DNA from: Alphaproteobacteria bacterium
GTDB taxonomy: Bacteria > Pseudomonadota > Alphaproteobacteria > GCA-2731375
NCBI GenBank assembly: GCA_965232515.1
Contig: CBDDPY010000002.1
Coordinates: forward strand, 5,600,001 to 5,664,000
Reading direction: 5' to 3'
DNA: 64,000 nt
Shown here: positions 50,639 through 59,852 of the stretch, one piece after another
Layout of the letters: each line of letters starts with the position of its first letter
How positions within the stretch are numbered: position 1 is the stretch's first letter
Translations under genes and position numbers: made by a program
Notes under the pieces: generated by a model
What the model saw: the letters and a program-made list of their open reading frames with translations, nothing else
Told to the model about the DNA's origin: nothing
The model's database searches: none

Positions 50639-52623
50639 CTCCGGGCCTGTTTGATCCAGATCGGCGTGCAGCCGCCGGCGGGTCTCGTAATCCATTCGCC
50701 GCGTACGCTGAGATACTTGCAACCGGCAACCGTTCTTTCGACGTAGACATGCAGGACAGGCTTAGCGAGTTCAAAACCGCCCAGGAGAACGATTGCCATC
50801 CATGCGTAGAGCCAGAAAAACGAGGAAACCCTCAAGACACGCTCTTTTTTAGGCGCGTTGCTTCGTTCCTTCTTGAATCCCTTCGGCTTTCGCCACCACA
50901 GCACCTTTACGCCGCCCTTGGTGATCTTCAGGCCGAGTTTGGGTTTTGTCTCGGGCGGCGGACCCTCAAGCGGATTTTCAGCGACAAGCTGTTTGAGGCC
51001 GTCCACATCCCAATAGGGGACTTTCTTCAGATGATCCGCGCGCAGCCCCCGGAATTTGACAATCTGTTCATCGATCGGCAGCGCCATAAGTTCCTGCGGC
51101 GTAAAAATCGGTTCCTCATGGTCCTGAAAACCAAAACCCACATCTTCAAAGTTTGTGCCTCTGACATTGGCGCTGTGCCGCCGCACAGTGCGGTTGCCTA
51201 TCATGTCGCTGAAACGCTTGGCGTCGTCGTAGTCGGAGAAATTTAGCGCCTGGATCACGTCGGATTGCTCAAGGATCACCCGCGCCTGATGAGGGCCGAT
51301 GCTTTCCTCGAGGTCGGAGAGTGACTGAATATAGTTCTCCGAAGAGACTTTCAGCCCGCGCATGGACAGCATCTCCTTGGCGAAGCCAGGTATGTTGAGA
51401 GCCTGGAATTCGTCAAGACAGGCATGGATTGGGCGGCCATGGGGAAAGGCTTTGGCCGATCCAAAGAAATTGAATGCAAAAAAAGATATGTGCGCCCTCA
51501 TGTCGTTGAGAGTGCCGAGCGGGATCATCGAGGCGAAAACCATTTGCCTGTGGCGCAGGTCCGAAACCCGACCGGCGGCATGTCTGCCGAAATGCGCTAG
51601 TGGGCCTGTCGCGTCGTAGCAGGACAGGCCGAGAACGATCTTGTTGAGGAACTGCGGCAGGTACTTCGGCGTGTCCTTGTGCATATCAAGCAAGGTGGAC
51701 GCCGCCTTTTGCCCGTCCTCTATGACTGTATCGCCGGATTTCGGCTTATAGGCTCTGAGCTTCTCAAGGCAGCGGACGGCCAATTCCAGATCGGAAGCGA
51801 CTTCCCAAATCCGAGTTGGCGTGATGTTGTCAGGCTCGTAGACCAGCAGATAAACGAAGAGGGCATGAAAGCCCTTTTGCCCGTTTTCGCCGAAGAACGG
51901 CGTCCTTTCATCCGGCCGGACTTCCACGGCAATCGCCGCATAGCCCCGGATAAATGTATTCGTAAGCTGATGAAACTCCGGGTCTTCCGAATAATAAGCG
52001 TCAATCGCCAGCTCGAACGGCGGAACCTCAGCGCCGGGGCATGTGTCCTGTGCGTCGCCGCCGATGTTGATGCACAGCAGTTCAAGTCCGAACGCTTTCA
52101 GCGTGTCGATGACCTGCGGCAGGTTTTCCTTTTTAACGTCGTTGATGAAAACGCTCTTGCCGGAAAGCAGTGGCGTCATGATCGACGAGGCGATGACCTG
52201 TGAAGTCGTCTTTAGCGTTCCCTGCGCGCCCAAGATCGCCTGAAATGTGATCTTAATCTTATGGGGCAGAAAGACAGGTTTGCCGTCCAAGGTCGTGCCG
52301 AGTAGCCGTCCCTTCGGTTTGCGCATGCCGGTTTGTTTGCGTTCCGCCTCGCTCAAAAGACAGTCATCTTTGTTCTGATACGGCGTGCGGGCTTCTTGCC
52401 AGAGTTTCCGCACAACATAATCCTTCCAGTACGCCCTTGCGGCGTATCCGACGCTAAGCGCTGCACCCAGGCTCAACCCTATGGGTAACGCGAGATCAAC
52501 GCGCGAAGGGGTCTTAACTTCGGGCATGAGGCTCCACGCGGACAGCGCCAGCGCCGTTGCACCGAACATCGAATAGTTGCCCTGAAGATTGTGACGCGGC
52601 GAGAGTGTGCCGTTAATCCTCAT
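50632..52623 (-). CDS. VirD4/TraG-like type IV coupling protein with a degenerate Walker A
   Basis: Two N-terminal TM segments, GRLLG, GAQGTLKTTS (Walker A-like), INDVKKE, ACLDEF (Walker B), YIQSLSDL, PIFTPQELMALP. Confidence 0.85.
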   Translation of the reverse strand: MRINGTLSPRHNLQGNYSMFGATALALSAWSLMPEVKTPSRVDLALPIGLSLGAALSVGYAARAYWKDYVVRKLWQEARTPYQNKDDCLLSEAERKQTGMRKPKGRLLGTTLDGKPVFLPHKIKITFQAILGAQGTLKTTSQVIASSIMTPLLSGKSVFINDVKKENLPQVIDTLKAFGLELLCINIGGDAQDTCPGAEVPPFELAIDAYYSEDPEFHQLTNTFIRGYAAIAVEVRPDERTPFFGENGQKGFHALFVYLLVYEPDNITPTRIWEVASDLELAVRCLEKLRAYKPKSGDTVIEDGQKAASTLLDMHKDTPKYLPQFLNKIVLGLSCYDATGPLAHFGRHAAGRVSDLRHRQMVFASMIPLGTLNDMRAHISFFAFNFFGSAKAFPHGRPIHACLDEFQALNIPGFAKEMLSMRGLKVSSENYIQSLSDLEESIGPHQARVILEQSDVIQALNFSDYDDAKRFSDMIGNRTVRRHSANVRGTNFEDVGFGFQDHEEPIFTPQELMALPIDEQIVKFRGLRADHLKKVPYWDVDGLKQLVAENPLEGPPPETKPKLGLKITKGGVKVLWWRKPKGFKKERSNAPKKERVLRVSSFFWLYAWMAIVLLGGFELAKPVLHVYVERTVAGCKYLSVRGEWITRPAGGCTPIWIKQARSH

Positions 52624-52810
52624 GGGAGTTTCTGTCCCTTTCCGGTGCGATGTTGAATAAGTTGGTGACCAGCCGGACACAAAAGCCGATGAATGTCAGC
52701 CACAAGAAGGTCGAAAGCGGTTGCCAGACCCCATGCACCTTGGGAGGCCCCGCGTAATGCAGAGCAACGACCGAGAGGATTGCGCCGACTAGTGGAAACA
52801 GCAGATACAA
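52613..52810 (-). CDS. Small two-TM membrane protein
   Basis: TTG directly after the upstream TAG, GGAG RBS, two hydrophobic helices. Confidence 0.7.
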   Translation of the reverse strand: MYLLFPLVGAILSVVALHYAGPPKVHGVWQPLSTFLWLTFIGFCVRLVTNLFNIAPERDRNSHED

Positions 52811-52996
52811 CTATTGTCTCCGTCTAAACGGCAGCGCCACGATCAGGACCACGAGTCTGAGTGCTGACACCGCGGCGATGAACCAGAGAAAAACACTGAC
52901 GATGTAATACTCGTTCTCCGGCGTAACCGGGCCTGTGTGCTGTAGCCCCCACATTGAGAGCGCAAGGAAGATTGCAGAAGCGATAAGGGGCGCCAC
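52811..52996 (-). CDS. Small two-TM membrane protein (paralogue of the downstream gene)
   Basis: GTG 52996 with GGAG RBS; MAPLIASAIFLALSMWGLQHTGP...SVFLWFIAAVSALRLV. Confidence 0.7.
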   Translation of the reverse strand: MAPLIASAIFLALSMWGLQHTGPVTPENEYYIVSVFLWFIAAVSALRLVVLIVALPFRRRQ

Positions 52997-52998
52997 GA

Positions 52999-54369
52999 CT
53001 ATTTCTCCGGAAATCGGCAAGAGCGCCTGTAGTTGGCAAACGCTTCTTCGGTGATGCCCGCATCCTTCAGGACAGAAGCTCGTGGCGTGTCCCACTCGAC
53101 GTCTCGGTCGGGATACTTGCGGCCAAGGTCAACTCGAAGCCGTGCGCCGCTGTTGTTATAGGCGTAGACGTAGCACCAAGACATGTCGTAAGCCGGGAAC
53201 GCCTTAGCCTGATAACTTGTCCCGGTTGACACCTCGCGCCCGTCGTCCGTCGGGTGCTCAATGAACTGAAACCTTGTGAAAGTTGTCACGCCTTCGAGCC
53301 GGTGACCCGTATTCAAGACCTGCTGAAGCTCGTTAAGAGATGATTCCATGTCTGCCTTTTCAGCCTGAGACGCTGCCAAAAGGCGCTCCGCCTCACGATG
53401 GCGGCGACGAGCCTGGTCAAGCTCCCCCTGCATCCGGGCAAGCTCGCTTTCCAGTTCGGTGATACGAATTCGATTGGTCAGGCGATCGCGATCAAGTTGC
53501 TCGGCAGTACTCGCACGCTCATTGACCCGCATAACGGCGATATCGTTCGAGCGCCGCGCTTGCACCATGACCTGCGCCGCGTTTACATCCAGCGGTTTCA
53601 ACTCGATCGGGTTGCTCAGGCGCTGGGCAAACCGTTGCAGACAAACGGACATGGCCGCGCTGAATGTCGCCAGAACACCGCCGCGCAAGGCGATGTAGCG
53701 GCCCCAGAACTGCGCCAGCGCCGTTTGCTCATACTTTCCGAGATCGGGCAAGATCGCGCATATATGCACCGCGACCCCTTCGAGGACCGGCGTGGCCCCT
53801 TGCCGCCCATAGGGCGAGAGCAGTAACGAGCCGACCATCATGCTGTCGCTTGGAACACGGATGTTTCGGTAGTCGTCCATCATGGATACGGACGGATCGT
53901 TTTCATCGACGTGAAGCGGCGAGGCGACAATCAGGACGTGCGCATTGTCGCTTTGGCCGCCACGAATTTCCCCAATTGCCGAAAGCACATCGAGCAGACT
54001 TGAACGCAGCCCGCTCGGCGCGGTTTCTTCCGATTGCGCCATGCCCGACAGGAAATTCTTGATCGCGCTTTTCTGGGCCGCGAAATCCTTATCGCGGAAC
54101 GCGGCCAGCCGATAGCGGCTTTTGTCGGGCACGCCGAACGATACGATGCTGGAACCATCAGCAGAATTTAGAAAGCTAAAGCTATCGCTTGGTTGCAGGC
54201 CGTCAAAAGCTGCGCCGACAGCGCTTACAATCGGGCGGTGATCGCCAGTGCGCTGATCAGGAATGGAGACAAATAGATCATCGGCAGCCGCGCACTGGAT
54301 TCCAAGGAATGGAGCAACTGCAATCAGGCTGGCTTGTACGTGACGCCACATAACGTGACCTTTCCTCAT
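52999..54369 (-). CDS. Exported hypothetical protein: alpha/beta domain, coiled coil, Cys-containing C-terminal domain
   Basis: Signal peptide, central heptad coiled coil (ITELESELARMQGELDQARR), ATGA overlap with the upstream gene. Confidence 0.75.
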   Translation of the reverse strand: MRKGHVMWRHVQASLIAVAPFLGIQCAAADDLFVSIPDQRTGDHRPIVSAVGAAFDGLQPSDSFSFLNSADGSSIVSFGVPDKSRYRLAAFRDKDFAAQKSAIKNFLSGMAQSEETAPSGLRSSLLDVLSAIGEIRGGQSDNAHVLIVASPLHVDENDPSVSMMDDYRNIRVPSDSMMVGSLLLSPYGRQGATPVLEGVAVHICAILPDLGKYEQTALAQFWGRYIALRGGVLATFSAAMSVCLQRFAQRLSNPIELKPLDVNAAQVMVQARRSNDIAVMRVNERASTAEQLDRDRLTNRIRITELESELARMQGELDQARRRHREAERLLAASQAEKADMESSLNELQQVLNTGHRLEGVTTFTRFQFIEHPTDDGREVSTGTSYQAKAFPAYDMSWCYVYAYNNSGARLRVDLGRKYPDRDVEWDTPRASVLKDAGITEEAFANYRRSCRFPEK

Positions 54370-55421
54370 GATCCAGAACCAAAGACATGCTTGTCGTTCG
54401 GTGCGAACGCGCCGTTGCCGGAGCCGTTGACAGGCGCGTAAAGAATTTCCGCAGCGGCCGCCTTCTGCGCCGCGTCGACGTCTGCCGACTTGCGTTTAAC
54501 TGCCGCAGCAGCAAGTTCACCCTGCATGGCTTTCGTCGCCAAATGGCTGTTCTCGTGAGCCTCCAACGTGTTGAGCGCCTCAATCGCCTGATCACGCTTG
54601 GTCTTGGCTTCCGCCATCAAGACCAGCAGGTGGGCTTCTTCAGCATCGGGAATTATGCGTTTGAGCGTGCGCGGGGTGAGACGGCGCAAGGCGAACTGAT
54701 GCAGAGTCGGCGCGGCCACGAGGTCTAGAATGGCCGTAACCAGAAACAGCAACCACATGGGCGGTTCCAGCACGAACCCCGGCGAGGCAGGCATAGCCGG
54801 CTCAAGAGTCCAGTCGCTTGCCGTTGCGCCGCTCGCATCGCCGAAGGCCATGGGATAGGCGGCCAAGGACGTTATGGACGCCCAAACGATGAACACCGTC
54901 ACCGTTGCGAGCAAAAGCCGCCGGTCATAAAGCAGTCGAGCCCGGTCGCTGGTAAGCTTTGCGCGAAACTCTACGGACGCCAGCACCCCGGCCAATGCTG
55001 TGACGCCGAATACCAGCCCGAACACGGGCATATCCGCGACCAGCGCGATTTTTTGCGCCTGCGTAATGAGCATGACGGCGATTCCCGGAACCGTCAGCAT
55101 GGTCACGAACAAGACCAACAGGCTGAACCCGCCGAACAGGGTTTCTATCGGATTGCGTTTGTGCTCCGAGTCTGGTTCTTCGACAACGCCGTATGAATCC
55201 GTTTCATCCAGCTTTGCCTCAATGGACTTCATGTCCCGATCCGCACGCTCAACGTCGTCCTGTGCGGCTTGCATTGCCGCTGTGCTCGAGCCTTGCGGGT
55301 TCAGCGCGTCAAAGATGTATTCGGCGTAGGCCCGCGCCCGATCTTCCTCGTCCGGCAGGCCGACGAAGGCGCGAACATCGGCTTCTTGCAAGCTGAGGTT
55401 TTGGGACCGATTTGGAAGCAT
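54366..55421 (-). CDS. Membrane protein with about 4 TM segments and flanking coiled coils
   Basis: Likely start ATG 55421 (TGATG coupling, GGAG RBS); four hydrophobic segments. Confidence 0.75.
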   Translation of the reverse strand: MLPNRSQNLSLQEADVRAFVGLPDEEDRARAYAEYIFDALNPQGSSTAAMQAAQDDVERADRDMKSIEAKLDETDSYGVVEEPDSEHKRNPIETLFGGFSLLVLFVTMLTVPGIAVMLITQAQKIALVADMPVFGLVFGVTALAGVLASVEFRAKLTSDRARLLYDRRLLLATVTVFIVWASITSLAAYPMAFGDASGATASDWTLEPAMPASPGFVLEPPMWLLFLVTAILDLVAAPTLHQFALRRLTPRTLKRIIPDAEEAHLLVLMAEAKTKRDQAIEALNTLEAHENSHLATKAMQGELAAAAVKRKSADVDAAQKAAAAEILYAPVNGSGNGAFAPNDKHVFGSGS

Positions 55422-55717
55422 CACTGAAGCTCCACAGCATTTGCGAACCATAAGACGCGGGGCAGCGCGCTAAATTGAACTTGCGTCGCGCGGTTGTTCA
55501 CATTGATGCTATCTGCACCGCCGACCTGATCAGCGCCAACATCTAGAGAGGCGCCAAGCTGTTCGACAACCGAGCGCTTGCGTTCAATATCGTCCCGCGC
55601 GGATTGCAGGCTGCTCTCATGACCCGCCCGCAACGAATGCAGCGGGCCGACCGCCGTTGTTCCGCGAAGGGCCGCCGCCCCAATCCAGTCGAGACTTGGC
55701 CGCGAATGGACAGGCAT
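55421..55717 (-). CDS. Hypothetical protein, first gene of the coupled operon
   Basis: GGGAG RBS before ATG 55717; stop overlaps the next start. Confidence 0.55.
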   Translation of the reverse strand: MPVHSRPSLDWIGAAALRGTTAVGPLHSLRAGHESSLQSARDDIERKRSVVEQLGASLDVGADQVGGADSINVNNRATQVQFSALPRVLWFANAVELQ

Positions 55718-55798
55718 GAGGGTCTCCCATTGACAAGGCGATCCAATTTGACCGCCCGGGCGCAGGCCCTTGCGGCCTGCCTACATGGGAGAGGATAT

Positions 55799-55840
55799 AG
55801 GGTATATAATACCCCTTGTCTAGGGTATATTATACCCTAT
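55799..55840. promoter_or_regulatory. Tandem palindromic operators
   Basis: GGGTATATAATACCC (55800-55814) and TAGGGTATATTATACCCTA (55821-55839). Confidence 0.75.
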
Positions 55841-56364
55841 TCGTGTTCGGACGTGAGTCCTATGCCGATAGTTACGCCAATCGCCTCGGCATATTTGCCT
55901 ATGGTTGTCATAGTCGGATTGGCATCGCCCTTTTCGAGGCGACGGACAGCCCTGTGATCCGTGCCCATACATTTGGCAACCTGAGTCTGCGTCATGTTCG
56001 CACGCCGTCGGGCGGCGGCTAAGAGTGCCCCGAGCTCTTTTGGTGAAGACGCAGTTTTGAATGTTGAGTAAAGGCTTTGCTTTTCTTCTTCTGTACTCAC
56101 GGGTTCTGACCTTTCTTCGGTCACAGCCCTGCTATCATCGCTGATTTCTTTTACACTATATTCATCTTCTTTTAGAAGAAATTTATTTTTTTCTTTTGAA
56201 TGTTGATTGGTATTTGCGTCCGAAACTGAATCAACTTCTCTTAGTTTTCCAAAAACAACAAGGTTGACGGGCTGAGATTCCAGGCTTTCCGAATCTGTCC
56301 GTCCATGGCGCTTTGGCTCTAGCAACTGGCCCTTGGGCGCGGTAGATGGTTTTGGCGGTGTCAT
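55837..56364 (-). CDS. XRE-family HTH regulator with a disordered N-terminal extension
   Basis: LAAARRRANMTQTQVAKCMGTDHRAVRRLEKGDANPTMTTIGKYAEAIG. Confidence 0.85.
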   Translation of the reverse strand: MTPPKPSTAPKGQLLEPKRHGRTDSESLESQPVNLVVFGKLREVDSVSDANTNQHSKEKNKFLLKEDEYSVKEISDDSRAVTEERSEPVSTEEEKQSLYSTFKTASSPKELGALLAAARRRANMTQTQVAKCMGTDHRAVRRLEKGDANPTMTTIGKYAEAIGVTIGIGLTSEHE

Positions 56365-58307
56365 GAGGTTCTCCGGCTATCGCGTTTGACCATCTCAGCC
56401 CACTCCTGTCTCACGCTATCAAGCGCGCGAGTGAGCGCCCGCACCACGCGATCTTCTTTAAGATAGTCGGAGTCGTTCTCTATGAGCTTCCGACCGTAGT
56501 ATTTGTTTTCAGACAGGTTAATTACCAAGGCGGTATCAAAAATCACAAACAGATTTGATGCGCTGACGCCGATGTTTTCTTCTGTCCCAATTCTGTGAAT
56601 CTGCACCATTGCGTAAGGCATCGCCTGAGCAATCTCATCAAGTCTTCGATTCAGCCTTTCTATCCAGCCGCGTGTCAGGAGAACATCAACAGTTTTCCCT
56701 TCATCTACACTATCAAAACGGTCGAATGATGCATTCAACTCAGCCCACAGCGCATCGCCAATTGCGTCAAGGTAGGCTTGCTGCACAGCCTGACGGATAC
56801 GGCGCGACGCCCGCCTCCGGATCACACCGACCTGAAACACATAGTTGTAGTAAAATGTCTCAAAGTCCGAGGATGTCCGATTTGCGATATCCGTCCGCGT
56901 CTTGGTGACAAAGCTAACCAACGGAAATCCCGAAACCAGTGTCGGTTTGACGAAGGCGGTGTCCTGACCACCGTCCTCTTCCAGGAAATCGGGGCCATAG
57001 GCTACACGGTCGCACCTTGAGCACGCCTTGGCCGGTGCAAATGTGGATATGCCAGACGAGAAAGCGGGGTATGTCATGGAGTGAAAGAACTGTTGGCCAA
57101 GAAACCTCTCGATCTTCATGGCCTCATGGATCGCGCTCGCAAGAATGTTCGTTGTTTCCATCATTTCCGAACTAGGCTTCTTGATGCCGAGTTGTGCCAG
57201 ATAGCCGAGAACCTCCCGTTCTGCTGCGTTCTTGGCGCGCAAGCCCTTCTTGGCACGCTGTTCCACGTAGTCTAGTAGAACCGCTGCTAAATCCAGGCAA
57301 ATCGCGGGCGTTGCCACTGGGACGATTCGATAGCCGTGCTCAACATCCTCATTCGCATTGTCGCCTGGAATTACGGGCGCTCTGAGGTGCAAGAAGAACG
57401 CTATCGTTGGCGGTCTGATCCCGTGGCCGCTGGCAAGTGACTCCCGATGACGCGACCACAAAATCGGCGCTGAAGACTCGTCTTCAGTTTGGAGGTCGAA
57501 TTTGCCAGGTTTGCCGCCGCGCATCTCGGTGTACATTGCATCAATCTCGTTCAAAAGCGGCTCGAGGATTTTGGCGAGTTCCTCTGTCCCGATGTCCTTT
57601 ACTCTCGATTCGAACTGCGGTTTCTGTTTGGGAAACAGCAGCTTCGGATCTTCGCGTGCAAACACCCAGTACCTGGCTATGTGGCGAAGATGCGAAAAAT
57701 CCTTTTGACCATGCGAGCTGCGTGTTTGGTGCTGTGCGATCGATGCATACAAACGGCTTATTTGCTCTCGATCGGATCTGTTTAGGTATTCAAGATAGGT
57801 CTTCGCAGGATCGAGGCGATCGCCGGCGTTTTTGTAACGGTTATCGCGCGAATACCGTTCATCATGGCCATACCCCAAATTAAGGTAGAACACGCCCAGC
57901 GCGTACATTCGGTCGACCTTCGGGGAATCCAGGCGGGACGCTTTGGGAAGGGGGATTATCCATTCACCGAATGTGTCCGGTCGGCCAAGGCGTTCGGCTA
58001 TCTCAGAATCAAATTTTTTCTTCAGTTCGGATGGGTAGCGCAGAGTGTGCAGCCAGTCGGAGTCTTGATCGGTCTTTAGGCTTGTCCGCCCGGCTTCCTC
58101 GGGGCGCTTCTTGAATACGACCAACAAGACGGGTTTCTGAATCAAAAGCACGGTGAGGTTCAGAAGCGAATAAAGCCCATAGGCGCGCGCCTTCCGCGAA
58201 ATTACAAACTCATGCATGGCGGCATGAATCAATGTCACGCGTTGGTCGGCAAACTTGGAGCCGACCGGCGCGGCGGTCTTTACGGTATCGGCTTGCGAGC
58301 TATCCAT
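56361..58307 (-). CDS. Large hypothetical protein (648 aa)
   Basis: Long ORF at lower GC, ATGA-coupled to the XRE gene; no recognised motif. Confidence 0.75.
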   Translation of the reverse strand: MDSSQADTVKTAAPVGSKFADQRVTLIHAAMHEFVISRKARAYGLYSLLNLTVLLIQKPVLLVVFKKRPEEAGRTSLKTDQDSDWLHTLRYPSELKKKFDSEIAERLGRPDTFGEWIIPLPKASRLDSPKVDRMYALGVFYLNLGYGHDERYSRDNRYKNAGDRLDPAKTYLEYLNRSDREQISRLYASIAQHQTRSSHGQKDFSHLRHIARYWVFAREDPKLLFPKQKPQFESRVKDIGTEELAKILEPLLNEIDAMYTEMRGGKPGKFDLQTEDESSAPILWSRHRESLASGHGIRPPTIAFFLHLRAPVIPGDNANEDVEHGYRIVPVATPAICLDLAAVLLDYVEQRAKKGLRAKNAAEREVLGYLAQLGIKKPSSEMMETTNILASAIHEAMKIERFLGQQFFHSMTYPAFSSGISTFAPAKACSRCDRVAYGPDFLEEDGGQDTAFVKPTLVSGFPLVSFVTKTRTDIANRTSSDFETFYYNYVFQVGVIRRRASRRIRQAVQQAYLDAIGDALWAELNASFDRFDSVDEGKTVDVLLTRGWIERLNRRLDEIAQAMPYAMVQIHRIGTEENIGVSASNLFVIFDTALVINLSENKYYGRKLIENDSDYLKEDRVVRALTRALDSVRQEWAEMVKRDSRRTS

Positions 58308-58574
58308 CGTTCCAAATCAAGGCGGGTCGCAGCAGCATGTGCCTTCAGTTCTCGCCACAGGTAAATTGCAGCTTCCTACTACGGCACTAGGCTTTTCAAG
58401 TGATTTCCGCGATTGGCCTTGTGTATCTCCAACCTGAAAAACCTAATGCACCGGACACGACATTTGCCACCGCGTTGGGCTGCCCCAGCCAAGCTAGTGC
58501 TGGTTCCGCTCGTCTACAGTAAATCCTGAGGCCGCCGCACGCACCGCATGGAAGGTGAGTGCAACAAAAACTAA

Positions 58575-58590
58575 GTTAAGAAAATGTTAA
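58575..58590 (-). promoter_or_regulatory. CtrA-box consensus match
   Basis: Minus strand TTAA-CATTTTC-TTAAC inside an AT-rich intergenic region. Confidence 0.45.
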
Positions 58591-58721
58591 TTAAAAATAT
58601 TTATACTATTCTCATAAAGCTTAATAATCAAAATATCCTGATGTATATTGTTAAAATACATGAGGTGGAGATTATATATACAGGCTATACGTTGAAAAAA
58701 CTGACAGGGGGGTGTGTCCCG

Positions 58722-59852
58722 ATGGCGATCACGCAGGCCGACATTGTGGCGATAAAGGACCGCATACCGCCGCAATTCAAACCAGCCGAGTACCATACCA
58801 GTAGCGCGGAGTTCACCGAGAACGCTGCCGATACTGGCGCGGCCCGTCCCATCGCCACAGTCAACCTGAGCCTTGATGCACCCGATGATCCGGTCAGCAC
58901 CCCGCACCGGATCGAGCGCGAGCAAATCAAACAAGACATCTTCATCGGCATGAAGGATATGGCCGACGGGCAAGACGTTGTTGCCCTGAATACCGGCAGG
59001 CAGGCCCGCGTCGTCAGCGGCGGCTCCGAAAACGCCAAGGAAGCTAAGCTCAGGCGCAACCGGGCCAGCGGCGGCGACTTGCTAACGCATCTCCTGCTTC
59101 AACAACAGCTTGACGCGGCGATCGCCGCGAACAACGAGCAGATCGCCCGCAACAACCAACGCCTCGCAGTGCTGGACCGCTATCAGACCGGATTGGAGCG
59201 GCATCTAGACAAGCTCGACAGCGGCGAGGAAATCGAACTGAATGAAGACGGATCGCTGAAGAACGCCGATGCCGAAGCCGCCATCAGGGAGTACGAAGAC
59301 AAATACGGCGTGAAGGTCGACCGCACTGACCTCGACTCCGTGCGCCATGTCCTGCGAGGCGTTCAGGCCGAAACGGATTTCATTCGCCGTGATAACGAAC
59401 GTTTGGAGCAGGAAAACCGAGAGTACGCGGCGCTGGGCCGGGAGCTTGACCGCAATCCTGACGATCCCGCGTTACACGACAGGATCGAACAAAAACTGCA
59501 AACCGAAAGCGGCACCCGCGAAGTAGCCAAAGCGGCGACGGAAGCCGCGACCATCGAAGGCAAGCAGGTGGTGCACGACAAAACGGTGGAGAGCGCACAG
59601 GATGCTGATCTGAAAAGCGACTTGATTGCAACGGGGACAGGTTTGCAAGACGAGATCGATCCGTTTGCCTTGCCAACCACTGATCAAAATCTGTCCTTCG
59701 CCAGTGACCTTGAAGACTCCCCGATCCGGGGCGGCAATCTCAGTGCGGACTTTGAAACCGCAAGCGCCGAAGACGGTGACGAAGCGGCCCCGGACAACGA
59801 TCATCAGCCTGCGGACATTACACCGGCCACGGGGCCATCAAACACAGTCTAA
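58722..59852 (+). CDS. Hypothetical acidic coiled-coil protein
   Basis: ATG 58722 after a GGGGG RBS-like run; heptad segments QQQLDAAIAANNEQIARNNQRL; acidic tail. Confidence 0.75.
   Translation: MAITQADIVAIKDRIPPQFKPAEYHTSSAEFTENAADTGAARPIATVNLSLDAPDDPVSTPHRIEREQIKQDIFIGMKDMADGQDVVALNTGRQARVVSGGSENAKEAKLRRNRASGGDLLTHLLLQQQLDAAIAANNEQIARNNQRLAVLDRYQTGLERHLDKLDSGEEIELNEDGSLKNADAEAAIREYEDKYGVKVDRTDLDSVRHVLRGVQAETDFIRRDNERLEQENREYAALGRELDRNPDDPALHDRIEQKLQTESGTREVAKAATEAATIEGKQVVHDKTVESAQDADLKSDLIATGTGLQDEIDPFALPTTDQNLSFASDLEDSPIRGGNLSADFETASAEDGDEAAPDNDHQPADITPATGPSNTV

Noticed and set aside
54366-55717. Frameshifted single gene joining 55421-55717 and 54366-55451
   Set aside because: A TGATG stop/start overlap with its own GGAG RBS explains the junction as translational coupling.
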